DNA of 64,000 nt from Candidatus Omnitrophota bacterium (GCA_013203315.1 JABMQJ010000029.1:635-64634); one strand, 5' to 3'. Shown: positions 19,198 to 29,026, counted from the first letter of the stretch. Program-made: numbers and translations. The notes: generated by a model not told the origin, from the sequence alone.

Positions 19198-20895
19198 ATG
19201 GTAACCAAGCAAATAAAATGCAATTTATGCAACTCTACTAATTACGAAATACTTTATAGTGGAAAAACGAAAGATCCCAAAAATCCATCCGGCGAAAAGA
19301 AGGCCTATTCGATATCAGAATGGAATATTCAGCAACCGGAGAAACTTGTTAAATGCAATAATTGTGGTCTGGTTTTTGCCTTGCAGGACAGGAACCTGAG
19401 GTATTATGTCGACGCATATTCCAAGATGGTTGATAAGGAATATAGAGAGGAAGAGCAAGGAAGACGCAGGGCGAGCGTAGAAATTTTGAAGCGCATTAAA
19501 AAATATAAAAATAACGGAAAACTATTAGACATAGGATGCGCAACCGGATTTTTACTCGATGAGGCAAGAAGGAGAAATTGGGAAGTATACGGCGTTGAAA
19601 TTTCAAAATGGGCCTCGAACTATGCTAGGGAAAAACTAGACCTAAATGTAGTAAGAGGGCCTCTCAAGAAAACCGATTTTCCAGATAAATACTTCGATGC
19701 CATAGTTATGCTGGACGTTTTGGAGCATTTAACCAATCCGAAATACGCCCTGTTAGAGATACGAAGGATTTTAAAAAGCGATGGTATTCTATACATAAGC
19801 ACACCGAACATAAATAGTCTCTTAAGCAGGATCCTGAAAGCAAAATGGTGGGGAATAAACAAGTTTCATCTTTTTTACTTTTCAAAACGTACATTAGAAA
19901 AAATGCTGGACGCTTGCGGCTTCAAGGTGAAGAAATATAAGCCTCATATAAGAATATTTTCGATCAAGTACTGGGCTAAAAGATTAAAGGCTTATAGCGT
20001 GACATTGTACCGGATTTTAGACTTTATTTCCAGAATTGATCATTTTGGAAGGATACTTTTGGGCGTAAATCTTCATGACCAGATAGAGACTGTAGCGGTG
20101 AAAGCCAGAAAATTAGATTATTTAGCTAATTCAGTTACTACAAAAAATAAAAAAGTGATCAAAAAAAATATGAAGGTTATCGTTGTTTTACCGGCATATA
20201 ATGCCGAGAAAACGTTAAAAAGAACTTTTGACGATATACCCAAGGATATAGTTGACGAAATTATTTTAGTTGACGATAAGAGCAAAGATAAAACTGTAAA
20301 AGTCGCTAAAGCCTTAGGATTGGAAATTGTACAACATAAAAAGAATATTGGTTATGGCGGCAATCAAAAGACGTGTTATAAAAAAGCGCTTGAACAGGGT
20401 GCTGATATAGTGGTAATGGTGCATCCGGATTATCAATATGATCCAACCATAATACCTAAGCTTATAGAACCTATACGGGCTGGGAGGGCGGATGCTGTTT
20501 TTGGCTCGCGCATGATGAAAGGCGGAGCGCTCGAAGGTGGTATGCCACTTTGGAAACACAATACAAATATTTTGTTAACCGCTTTTGAAAATGTTGTATT
20601 AGGAACATATCTGACAGAATATCACTCAGGGTTTCGAGCTTATAGCGCAGATTTATTAAGGACAGTAAATTTTGAACTGAACAGCAATAACTTTGTTTTT
20701 GATGCAGAAATAATAGTCCAGACCCTGATCTACCATTTTAAAATCGAAGAAATTCCGATACAGACAAGGTATTTTGACGAAGCATCTAAAATAAAGTTTT
20801 TGCCAAGCATAGGTTATGGGTTGGGTATAATCTGGACTATGACCAAATATCTTCTACACATAAAAGGTATTTATAAATTCCGGCAATTTGAATAA
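19198..20895 (+). CDS. Bifunctional protein: Zn-ribbon + class I SAM methyltransferase fused to a GT2 polyprenyl-phosphate glycosyltransferase (DPM1/ArnC/GtrB-like)
   Basis: N-terminal CxxC...CxxC, then LLDIGCATGF...VEIS...MLDVLEHL (SAM methyltransferase motifs I and post-I). C-terminal half has VIVVLPAYNAE...LVDDKSKD...DAVFGSR, typical of GT2 enzymes that build lipid-phosphate-sugar donors. Confidence 0.75.
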   Translation: MVTKQIKCNLCNSTNYEILYSGKTKDPKNPSGEKKAYSISEWNIQQPEKLVKCNNCGLVFALQDRNLRYYVDAYSKMVDKEYREEEQGRRRASVEILKRIKKYKNNGKLLDIGCATGFLLDEARRRNWEVYGVEISKWASNYAREKLDLNVVRGPLKKTDFPDKYFDAIVMLDVLEHLTNPKYALLEIRRILKSDGILYISTPNINSLLSRILKAKWWGINKFHLFYFSKRTLEKMLDACGFKVKKYKPHIRIFSIKYWAKRLKAYSVTLYRILDFISRIDHFGRILLGVNLHDQIETVAVKARKLDYLANSVTTKNKKVIKKNMKVIVVLPAYNAEKTLKRTFDDIPKDIVDEIILVDDKSKDKTVKVAKALGLEIVQHKKNIGYGGNQKTCYKKALEQGADIVVMVHPDYQYDPTIIPKLIEPIRAGRADAVFGSRMMKGGALEGGMPLWKHNTNILLTAFENVVLGTYLTEYHSGFRAYSADLLRTVNFELNSNNFVFDAEIIVQTLIYHFKIEEIPIQTRYFDEASKIKFLPSIGYGLGIIWTMTKYLLHIKGIYKFRQFE

Positions 20896-20910
20896 TTTAA
20901 ATTTCACATC

Positions 20911-20985
20911 ATCCAAAAAGCCCTGCCCAAGCTCCTGTATGTATTGCCTCTGAGATATGCCCTGCTTCGACGGTTTCTTTTAAAA
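20911..20985. repeat. Degraded copy of the last ~75 nt of yifB/comM; direct repeat of 32194..32268
   Basis: About 88% identity with one 1-nt indel. Reverse-complement translation gives KETVEAGHISEAI... versus the authentic KETIEAGHISEAISYRSLDRDFWIG*. It sits in a 350-nt intergenic gap. Confidence 0.7.
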
Positions 20986-21244
20986 TCCGGAAGCTCGTCT
21001 AAAAATAGCACCCCGTTATTCTAGATAGTAAATATTCATAACGGTATATAAACAAATAAGTTGTAACAGAAAATGGATAAGAGATAAGAACTAGCTTTTA
21101 TCATTATTGCCTTGCCGATATATCTTAGTACTTCTCAAGTTGTTTATTTCCCAAGGAAATGATATACTTACCACATTAGACATAATAAAGGCATATCGGT
21201 ATGGGTTTTGCTTGAAATTTACTCGATCACAAGGACAATAAGTC

Positions 21245-22456
21245 ATGAATATTAAATTAATGCGAAATCTGGATGAACTTCTAGGTCCGTCAATCTGTTT
21301 TATATTTCACATTTATAATTGCGTAAGGAAACTATTTATTAAACCGAAGTTATTGCCGGTCAATAAAATACTTTTACTCAAGTTTTTTGGAATGGGAAGT
21401 ATTGTATTAACAGGACCGATGGTAAGAGCCCTAAGAAGCAAATTTACCGATGCTAAAATTACAATATTTACTTTTTCTGCTAATAAAGAAATATGCGAAC
21501 TTACACAACTATTTGATGAAGTGGTGCTCATAAATACTAATTCTTTTGCAGCTCTATTATCTAGCGTTTTGAATGGCATGTTATATTTAAGAAAACAAAG
21601 ATTTGATATATGTATTGATTTAGAATTCTTTACAAAATTTTCTACAATTCTTTGTTATCTGTCAGGAAGCCGGATACGAGTCGGTTATTTCTTGATACAA
21701 ATTGGCATTCTTCTCAAAATGATGTGGCGTGGCAATCTGCTTACGCATCAGGTTTATTTTAATCAACACAAACACGCAACTGAAGTGTTTGTGGCTCTCG
21801 CAAATTCCATAGGTGCTGATACAAAAGATTATAGTTATGCGCAATTACACCTACCCTTAGCCGCCTCCAATTCGATCAACCAGATTTTAAGTCCTTATTT
21901 AAAACAGAAAGAAAAATTAATCGCTGTAAATGTAAACGCAAGCCCTTTATGCTTAGAAAGAAGATGGCCGAAAGAAAATTTTGCACAAATAATAATCAAA
22001 CTTCTTTCAGATGCGAAAGAAGTCAAGGTCGCTTTAGTTGGCGGGAAAGATGATGTGCCATATGTAAATTCGTTTCTTGATATTTTGCAAAAGGAGATAA
22101 ATAAAGATAGAATAATAAATTTAACTGGAAGGCTGTCAATAGCGGAACTGACAGCCCTGTTGATGAAAGCACAATTGTTTATAACAAATGATAGCGGCCC
22201 ACTTCACATCGCCGTGTCATTAGGAAAGCCGACCGTTTCATTTTTTGGTCCGGAAAGCCCCAGACGCTTTGGTCCCAAAGATGATATGCACTTAGTATTG
22301 TATTGTGAGAAAGTATATTGTACCCCTTGCCTTAATGTTTACAGTCAGAAAATCTCCTTTTGCAACGGCAATAATATTTGCCTTAAGTCAATACAGCCAG
22401 ACGATGCTTATAGATTGTTAAGACAGAAGTATAAATTTTTGTTTCAAAATGAATAA
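21245..22456 (+). CDS. Glycosyltransferase family 9 (LPS heptosyltransferase-like)
   Basis: GMGSIVLTGPMVRAL near the N-terminus; C-terminal ITNDSGPLHIAVSLGKPTVSFFGP, typical of RfaC/RfaF/RfaQ-type GT9 enzymes. Confidence 0.8.
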   Translation: MNIKLMRNLDELLGPSICFIFHIYNCVRKLFIKPKLLPVNKILLLKFFGMGSIVLTGPMVRALRSKFTDAKITIFTFSANKEICELTQLFDEVVLINTNSFAALLSSVLNGMLYLRKQRFDICIDLEFFTKFSTILCYLSGSRIRVGYFLIQIGILLKMMWRGNLLTHQVYFNQHKHATEVFVALANSIGADTKDYSYAQLHLPLAASNSINQILSPYLKQKEKLIAVNVNASPLCLERRWPKENFAQIIIKLLSDAKEVKVALVGGKDDVPYVNSFLDILQKEINKDRIINLTGRLSIAELTALLMKAQLFITNDSGPLHIAVSLGKPTVSFFGPESPRRFGPKDDMHLVLYCEKVYCTPCLNVYSQKISFCNGNNICLKSIQPDDAYRLLRQKYKFLFQNE

Positions 22457-23342
22457 AAATTTTACAGAAACCCCGATTACATGTGATATTTGTAAGAACA
22501 AAAACTTTTCCATTCGTTATAAGAATGTGATAGCTGATAAGTCAATATTAAAGTGCAAAAATTGCGGTACATGGGTTCTTTATCCCTTTCCATCCGAAAA
22601 GAGTCAAGAGAAAATCTATCAAAACGGTTACTATACTCGATGGGGATACGGCCAGGATAATCAAGAGACAATTAAACTTATAAAGAAACGCCTATATCTA
22701 AACGTTTTAAAAAAAATTGAATTGTACACCAAGCCAACTAAAATCCTCGACATCGGATGCGCAATGGGATTCTCTTTAGAGGTTGCCAAGGAGAGGGGGT
22801 TGCAACCTTACGGGGTTGAGGTTTCCGTGTTTGCCGGAAAGATAGCAAGGAAAAAATTCAGAGATAATGTCAAAATAGGCGATATAAAAGATGTGGATTT
22901 CAAAAACGATTATTTTGATGCGATAACCATGGTCGACCTTCTTGAACATCTTATGCATCCCCTGACAATTTTAAGAAAGGCCAGATCGATTCTTAAAGAA
23001 AAAGGAATACTGGCAATAGTCATACCAAATACACTAAGTTTCTCTTCAAAAGTTATGAAACACAAATGGCCCCACATAAACGAAGAACACCTCTATTACT
23101 ATTCCCCATATTCAATTATGTCCGTACTATCCAGAATAGGGTTTAAAATCGAAAGCGTTAAAGCCTTTCCAAAGCCGATCACACTTTCATATGCTAAAAG
23201 CGTATTGAAATACGGCAGACACAGAGCCATGTATTATCTTTTGAATTTTATTTGCAAAATAGGTCCCACCAAATTGACAACAATTGATTTTCAGCTACCC
23301 ACGGGAGAAATGCTTATTATGGCAAGAAAATTACATGATTAA
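22449..23342 (+). CDS. Zn-ribbon + class I SAM-dependent methyltransferase
   Basis: CDICKNK...CKNCGT, then ILDIGCAMGF...VEVS...MVDLLEHL. Paralogous to the N-terminal half of the 19198..20895 protein. Confidence 0.75.
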   Translation: MNKNFTETPITCDICKNKNFSIRYKNVIADKSILKCKNCGTWVLYPFPSEKSQEKIYQNGYYTRWGYGQDNQETIKLIKKRLYLNVLKKIELYTKPTKILDIGCAMGFSLEVAKERGLQPYGVEVSVFAGKIARKKFRDNVKIGDIKDVDFKNDYFDAITMVDLLEHLMHPLTILRKARSILKEKGILAIVIPNTLSFSSKVMKHKWPHINEEHLYYYSPYSIMSVLSRIGFKIESVKAFPKPITLSYAKSVLKYGRHRAMYYLLNFICKIGPTKLTTIDFQLPTGEMLIMARKLHD

Positions 23343-25176
23343 AAAAATATCTAGAAATACTTCTTGTCCTTGCGGGAGTGGCAAAAAGTATAAAAATTGC
23401 TGCAGGGGCAAGTCTACAATTTTTAACACAGCCAAAAACCTCGGCAGTCGTACCGCGACCCCTGCATGGATTAGCCCTTTAGTGTCGACGGTTTTTAAGA
23501 TTTTCGGCTATGTAATAATACCTCTTTTAATAATCATGTTGCTAAGGGAGCCGAATTTTCTAAATGGATTTATAGATCATCTTGAGATGGGACAGTATCT
23601 TTCGTCGGTAAATGGTATTTTTGAGGGTAAGACACCGTATAAAGATTTTTTTACTCTTTTTGGTGCATTCCAACTTTATGCTATTACGTTTTTCATGTTT
23701 TTGTTCGGAAAGACAATAGCTGTTCTGAAAACATTTTTTTACATTGGTTACATTTTAAGCTTTCTGGCTATTTATATTTTGGCAAGAAATGTATACAAAA
23801 ATAGATTTTTTATGTATTTTATACCACTTATATGTTTGGTGGAAGTAAGCCATCCATTCTGGGCAACCTCTTGGGATTATGGAAGGATGGGGCTGGGGCT
23901 TTTAATAATAACATTTTTAATTAAGTTTTTAGCAAAAGAAAATGTGAAATTCCTGTTAATTGCAGGAACCGTTTCTTGCTTTGCCCTGTTTTACAGTATT
24001 GATGTAGGCGCTTTTTCAATGATTTCAGCCACTTTTTTTATTTTGATTTGGTCCATAAGTCAAAAGATAAAAAATCCCATAGCTTTCATTAAACATCTCT
24101 TCCGAAATATTACTTACTATGGTCTAGGGGTGTTATTGATAATGCTTCCCTTTTTTGCATTTTTGTACTACAGAGGCGCCCTAAGTCCTTATTTGAAAAC
24201 AACCTTCTATATAATACCCAAATACCACATGGAGGTATGGGGGCAATCAATAGTGCAATTCCCATGGGAATCTATTAATAGTTTACCTCAGTTCTTTTTG
24301 TTGGCAAAATCAATGATTTTTAAGATGTATCTCCCTGTACTTTTATACACACTTATTTTTATTTATTTAATCTTGTCTTTCTTTATGAAGAAATGGGGCA
24401 AGGATAAGATGGTTATGTTGATCCTGCTTGTCTATGGAGTGCTTGTATACAAGGCATCTTTTCGCGCAATATCAGGGCCACAGTTTCAAGTGGCATTGCC
24501 GCCTTTAATTATTTTGATTGGTCTATTTTTAGAAAGGATGGCCAACTCTCTCGCTGCAATTTATAAACAGAAAGAAATAACTTGGACTCTAAGCAAAGGA
24601 ATCCCATTAAAGGCTATTTCTTCCGTTTTGCTTATTTTATTATGTTTTTTCTACTTTCTAGTTTCAGAAAAAAGATATTATGGCACGCTTCACGGCTGGA
24701 TACAGCATCAGACTTTGAAAAAATATATTTCATCGGGCTATACGAAACCTTTACTGATTAGCAGTCTGAATCTTGTAAGACCACGTATTGAGAGATCGGG
24801 GAATATCATGATTCTTCCACAGCAGGCAGGCAAAATGGAAAAGGTAGTAAGCTATTTAGAAGAAAATACAGAAGAGAATGAAGAAGTATTTACCTTTCCG
24901 GAACATGGTTTGTATAATTTTTTAGCGGACAGACCGGCATTCAGCAGGTTTTACATTGCGGGTTTTGCGTGGACTACTCCAGAATGGAGGTCAGAACTTT
25001 TAAATGAGTTGGCTAGAAAAAAACCAAAAGTCGTAGTGTATTGTACTAGACTTTCTAACATGGCAAAAAGTATTAATAGGTCAAAAGAACTTCTGCCTGA
25101 AGTAAGCGAATTTATTGTCAATAATTATCATGTGTCCAGGAAATTCTACGATATTATTATCTATGAAAGAAATTAA
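23335..25176 (+). CDS. Polytopic membrane protein with an N-terminal SEC-C zinc-binding motif and a C-terminal soluble domain (GT-C-like architecture, family unassigned)
   Basis: ORF track 23284..25176. ATG 23335 gives MIKKISRNTSCPCGSGKKYKNCC, a SEC-C motif like the SecA C-terminus. About 12 TM segments follow, then a ~170-aa hydrophilic C-terminal domain. Confidence 0.6.
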   Translation: MIKKISRNTSCPCGSGKKYKNCCRGKSTIFNTAKNLGSRTATPAWISPLVSTVFKIFGYVIIPLLIIMLLREPNFLNGFIDHLEMGQYLSSVNGIFEGKTPYKDFFTLFGAFQLYAITFFMFLFGKTIAVLKTFFYIGYILSFLAIYILARNVYKNRFFMYFIPLICLVEVSHPFWATSWDYGRMGLGLLIITFLIKFLAKENVKFLLIAGTVSCFALFYSIDVGAFSMISATFFILIWSISQKIKNPIAFIKHLFRNITYYGLGVLLIMLPFFAFLYYRGALSPYLKTTFYIIPKYHMEVWGQSIVQFPWESINSLPQFFLLAKSMIFKMYLPVLLYTLIFIYLILSFFMKKWGKDKMVMLILLVYGVLVYKASFRAISGPQFQVALPPLIILIGLFLERMANSLAAIYKQKEITWTLSKGIPLKAISSVLLILLCFFYFLVSEKRYYGTLHGWIQHQTLKKYISSGYTKPLLISSLNLVRPRIERSGNIMILPQQAGKMEKVVSYLEENTEENEEVFTFPEHGLYNFLADRPAFSRFYIAGFAWTTPEWRSELLNELARKKPKVVVYCTRLSNMAKSINRSKELLPEVSEFIVNNYHVSRKFYDIIIYERN

Positions 25177-25224
25177 TGAATCTTTTTATTCCAACTTGTT
25201 CAAATTTGTAGCCTCATCAAGCTA

Positions 25225-25256
25225 ATAGTAGGGCACTCTTAAGAGTGCCCTACTAT
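25225..25256. repeat. Perfect 32-bp palindrome ATAGTAGGGCACTCTT|AAGAGTGCCCTACTAT
   Basis: 16-nt perfect inverted arms with no loop, about 50 nt after the stop of the 630-aa gene. Not followed by a T-run. Confidence 0.8.
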
Positions 25257-25363
25257 GTGGATAAGTATACTGCCGGGAAAGGCGAAATTGGCGCGAGTTT
25301 TTGAACGCGCTTAAAAAAGGGATCGGCGCAGTTTAAAGTTTATTAAAGAAGATCCTTAAAAAC

Positions 25364-26524
25364 ATGCATGATAAAAATTGCTTAAAATTAGCCGTTGTTA
25401 GCATCTTTGACACTAATAATGCGCAAGATTGGTCCGGCATTCCTTTTTATATGACGAAAGGTTTAAGGAAGTATTTTCCCGCTCTTGATACCGTAGGCCC
25501 TTTGCGCTATAAAGATTCATGGATCTTAAAGAAGAAAAATTTGATTTATCAGCGCTTCTTCCAAAGTAAGTTTTTCCCGCAATATGATATCTCCTCTTTA
25601 AAATATTTTTCCAAACAAGTATCTGAAAAAATTCAGGGAAAAAAAATAGATGTTATTTTTAGTATTCACCCGGATCCAATCGCGTTTTTTCAAACAGACA
25701 AGCCCGTAATTTTTACTAGTGATGCAACTTTTGCAAGCTTACTGAGGCTTTACCCTGCACTACGCAATTTAAGCCGTGAAAGCGTCAGAAACGGGCACCT
25801 TTTATTCCAACGAGCTATAGATAAATGCGCACTGGCGATTTTTCCTTCCGAGTGGGCAGCAGAAAGCGCCAGGCAGGATTATGGCACTGACCCCCGGAAG
25901 GTTCACGTGATTCCTTATGGAGCGAACATTGATAATGATCGGAACCGGGACGATATAATGAAACTTATAGAATCTCGCTCTAAAAATGTTTGTAAATTAC
26001 TTTTTATCGGCGTAGATTGGAAGCGCAAAAGAGGGGACGCAGCGGTAAGGATAGCCGTAGAGTTGAATCGACGGGGTTTAAAAACAGAGCTATATATTGT
26101 CGGATGCCATCCACCTTCCGGGGAGAAACTTCCCGATTTTGTGAAAAAGCTTGGGTATATTGACAAGAAATCCAAGGCCGGAGGAGAGCAGCTTCGCAAG
26201 CTTTTTGAGGAATCTCATTTTTTTGTTCTTCCATCTCAAGCCGAATGTTTCGGGATTGTTTTTTGTGAAGCCAATTCTTTCGGAATGCCGTGTATAGCAA
26301 CAAACATCGGAGGAATACCCACGATATTTAAGGATAACCTAAACGGCAAACTCTTTCCCGTTGAAAACATGGTAGAAGGGGCGACGCAGTACATTCTTCA
26401 AATATTTCCGCGATTCGATCATTATCAAGAGCTTTGTCTCTCTTCCTTCGAAGAGTATAAAAACCGTTTAAACTGGGATACTTTTTCTGAGAAGACCAGG
26501 GAACTTATTACAACAGTGCTTTAA
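25364..26524 (+). CDS. Glycosyltransferase family 4 (GT-B, RfaB/WcaL-like)
   Basis: C-terminal EsHFFVLPSQAECFGIVFCEANSFGMPCIATNIGGIP matches the GT4 EX7E region. Confidence 0.8.
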   Translation: MHDKNCLKLAVVSIFDTNNAQDWSGIPFYMTKGLRKYFPALDTVGPLRYKDSWILKKKNLIYQRFFQSKFFPQYDISSLKYFSKQVSEKIQGKKIDVIFSIHPDPIAFFQTDKPVIFTSDATFASLLRLYPALRNLSRESVRNGHLLFQRAIDKCALAIFPSEWAAESARQDYGTDPRKVHVIPYGANIDNDRNRDDIMKLIESRSKNVCKLLFIGVDWKRKRGDAAVRIAVELNRRGLKTELYIVGCHPPSGEKLPDFVKKLGYIDKKSKAGGEQLRKLFEESHFFVLPSQAECFGIVFCEANSFGMPCIATNIGGIPTIFKDNLNGKLFPVENMVEGATQYILQIFPRFDHYQELCLSSFEEYKNRLNWDTFSEKTRELITTVL

Positions 26525-26573
26525 AAGGTAAGGCATTAAAATGATATTATACTAAAAGGAGCTATCAGCAAAA

Positions 26574-28148
26574 ATGAAGCCGGAACAGAAAAAATATATC
26601 GCAGGATTCAATCAACGCAAAACCCACATCATTCTTGTTATATTATTGATTGGTGTGGTCGCTATTATATATGCGAATTCATTCGGAGGCCCATTTTTGT
26701 TCGACGACAATGCTTTAGTAAAAAACAATACTTTAATCAGGACTTTATCAAATATACCAAAATTTTTTAAAACAGATATTTGGGCATATAATGTCGATGC
26801 AAAACCCATCAGCAATTCATATAGACCTATACAAGTTGTTACATATGCCATTGATTTTTTCTTATATGGAAATGACCCTAAAGGATTCCATTTTACCAAT
26901 ATCTTGGTACATCTTTTTAATGTTCTATTAGTCTTTTTGCTCGTCAAAGAAATTTTTAATAATAGGTTCATGCCATTTTTTGTCTCTCTATTGTTTGGGA
27001 TACACCCTGCAAATACAGCATGCGTGTCTTATATTTCAGGTAGAGCAGATGTCTTAGTCACGGCATTTATGCTTTTGTCTATCATATCTTACATTAAGTA
27101 TGTCAAAAATGAGCGATTATATTTTTTACTATTTTCTGTTTTGTCATATTCATTTGCCGTATATTCCAAAGAATACGCGATATTGGTTGTGCCATGTATT
27201 TTATTTTTGTATAATATTATTTCCGATAGAAAAATTATTTTCAAGATTAAGCCTTATATTTTTTATATTTTACCACTGGCACTTTACTTACCAATGAGAA
27301 TGCATGCTTTAACAGGCTTAACTTCACGAACTTTGGAACTTTCAACAATAAACTTACTTCCCAGATTACTGACTTCTTTAAAAACATTATTCATTGATAT
27401 TAGAATACTGTTTTTACCTTACGACCTTCACTTCGGAAGAAGTACCAAGGTTGAATATTCAATTTTTGGTAGCCCCTATTCTATTCTTACTATTCTGGGA
27501 CTCGTGCTCGTTACATGCGCTTTAAGACGTATGTATAAAAAATGGAAAATAGAGAAAAATACGGAAAGCGGAATTATATTTTTCGGTATTTCATGGTTTT
27601 TTGCTTCCATGATACCACTGCTTAACGTCTTTCCCCTCCAGGTTTTTCATGCCGATAGCTGGCTCTATTTTTCGTCTATTGGGGTATACATAGCTTTTGC
27701 CGCAGCAATAAATTATATTTGGCAATTACTTAGCAAGAAAAGTGCATTATTTAGGAACGTTCTTTGTATATTAATTTGCTTTATGTTTTTATATTATGGA
27801 TATACTACGGTAAGGCGGAATGAAGACTACCAAAGTGAAATAAAATTTTATCTTTCTAGCGTAAAATGGAGACCAAGTGTGAAATTCTATAGAGTTATAG
27901 GAGGGTTGTATGGCAAAAAGGGGGACTATAATAACGCTGTGAAATATTTGCAGAAAGCAATTGAAGTTAACAAAACCTACCCTTCACCAGAAGTAACAGC
28001 CGCATACTATAATTTAGGAATTACGTATATGAGGTTATCCGAATATAAAAAAGCAGAAGAAACTTTTGAGAAAGTAATGATGTCAAACGATGAATCCCTA
28101 AAAAAAGAAACCGCAAAATACTTATTATATATTAAGCGGCATAGATAA
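26574..28148 (+). CDS. TMTC/PMT-like polytopic membrane protein with C-terminal TPR repeats (DUF1736-type putative protein O-glycosyltransferase)
   Basis: About 10 TM segments and a conserved YRPIQVVTYAIDFFLYG...FHFTNILVHLFNVLLVF block. C-terminal TPRs (...YNLGITYMRLSEYKKAEETFEKV...). Confidence 0.6.
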   Translation: MKPEQKKYIAGFNQRKTHIILVILLIGVVAIIYANSFGGPFLFDDNALVKNNTLIRTLSNIPKFFKTDIWAYNVDAKPISNSYRPIQVVTYAIDFFLYGNDPKGFHFTNILVHLFNVLLVFLLVKEIFNNRFMPFFVSLLFGIHPANTACVSYISGRADVLVTAFMLLSIISYIKYVKNERLYFLLFSVLSYSFAVYSKEYAILVVPCILFLYNIISDRKIIFKIKPYIFYILPLALYLPMRMHALTGLTSRTLELSTINLLPRLLTSLKTLFIDIRILFLPYDLHFGRSTKVEYSIFGSPYSILTILGLVLVTCALRRMYKKWKIEKNTESGIIFFGISWFFASMIPLLNVFPLQVFHADSWLYFSSIGVYIAFAAAINYIWQLLSKKSALFRNVLCILICFMFLYYGYTTVRRNEDYQSEIKFYLSSVKWRPSVKFYRVIGGLYGKKGDYNNAVKYLQKAIEVNKTYPSPEVTAAYYNLGITYMRLSEYKKAEETFEKVMMSNDESLKKETAKYLLYIKRHR

Positions 28149-28321
28149 ACGCATGTTGCGCATAAATTTTATTAATCCCAACACAGCCAAAAAACCCTAT
28201 CCAAGCCCATTATATATTTATTTATAATTCGATTTCCCCGCCGCTACAACTTTTTAGAAAGTCATGTCCTTGCAAAGATTAATAGATAATGGTATATTTG
28301 AAGTAAAATAAGGAGGTTTTT

Positions 28322-28624
28322 ATGAATAAGGCATTGTTAGTGGCCGCACTTTTCATCTGTATACCTGTTGTGCTCGTTTGTGAAATGGCGGAAAGCCAAC
28401 AAGAGCAAGTTAAGCCCAAAAAAGTGGAAGTGGATTCCAATTATGATGGCGTGGTTGACCGTATCGAATTTTATGATAATAACGGACAAATAGTAAAAAT
28501 AGAATTTGATAGGACAGGCGATGGTAAAATAGACGAGTGGGTAACCTACAAAAACGGACAACCGTCTGATGTTGAAAGAGATACGAACGCAGACGGTAAG
28601 CCGGATGTCTGGATGGAATATTAG
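28322..28624 (+). CDS. Small secreted protein with three DxDxDG calcium-binding-like loops
   Basis: Signal peptide MNKALLVAALFICIPVVLVC. Loops DSNYDGVVDRIEF, DRTGDGKIDEWV and DTNADGKPDVWMEY. Good AAGGAGG SD. Confidence 0.6.
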   Translation: MNKALLVAALFICIPVVLVCEMAESQQEQVKPKKVEVDSNYDGVVDRIEFYDNNGQIVKIEFDRTGDGKIDEWVTYKNGQPSDVERDTNADGKPDVWMEY

Positions 28625-28740
28625 AATCTAAACTATATATTGTGGAAGGGATCCTTATATCAGTCGTAGTGACCCGATTTGATAAAAGTGGCAAGAAACT
28701 CCGGTATTAGACCGGGAATATTAACCACGGAGAGACCTTG

Positions 28741-28930
28741 AAAAAGCCCGATAAATACAATGCCCTTGCAGTAACCCTTTTAATTATACTGGCAATAGTT
28801 TCGCACCTGCCGAGCTTCAGCTTATATAATGTTGGGCGATAAAGAGAATGCGCTTAAATACTGGAAAAAGTCTTTGGCAATCAATCCAAATCAGCCGGAT
28901 TTGAAAAAATATATTTTACGTAATAAATAA
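28741..28930 (+). pseudogene. Frameshifted remnant of the C-terminal TM/TPR end of a TMTC-like protein
   Basis: Frame a reads ...NALAVTLLIILAIVSHLPSFSLYNVGR*. One nucleotide out of frame it continues AYIMLGDKENALKYWKKSLAINPNQPDLKKYILRNK*, a TPR consensus. No start codon and no SD. Confidence 0.45.
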
Positions 28931-29026
28931 TTTTCCAGTCAATCAAAACAAAAAGATAGATAATATAGTAATATACGCAAAGCAAACAAGTAAAAGAAAT
29001 TGCTATAACAACAGTTAAGGAAAATT

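Noticed and set aside
23284-23334. Upstream extension of the SEC-C membrane protein (track start 23284, MIFSYPREKCLLWQENY)
   Set aside because: It overlaps the previous gene by 59 nt and adds a non-sensical leader. The ATG at 23335 gives the SEC-C motif right at the N-terminus with the usual short overlap.
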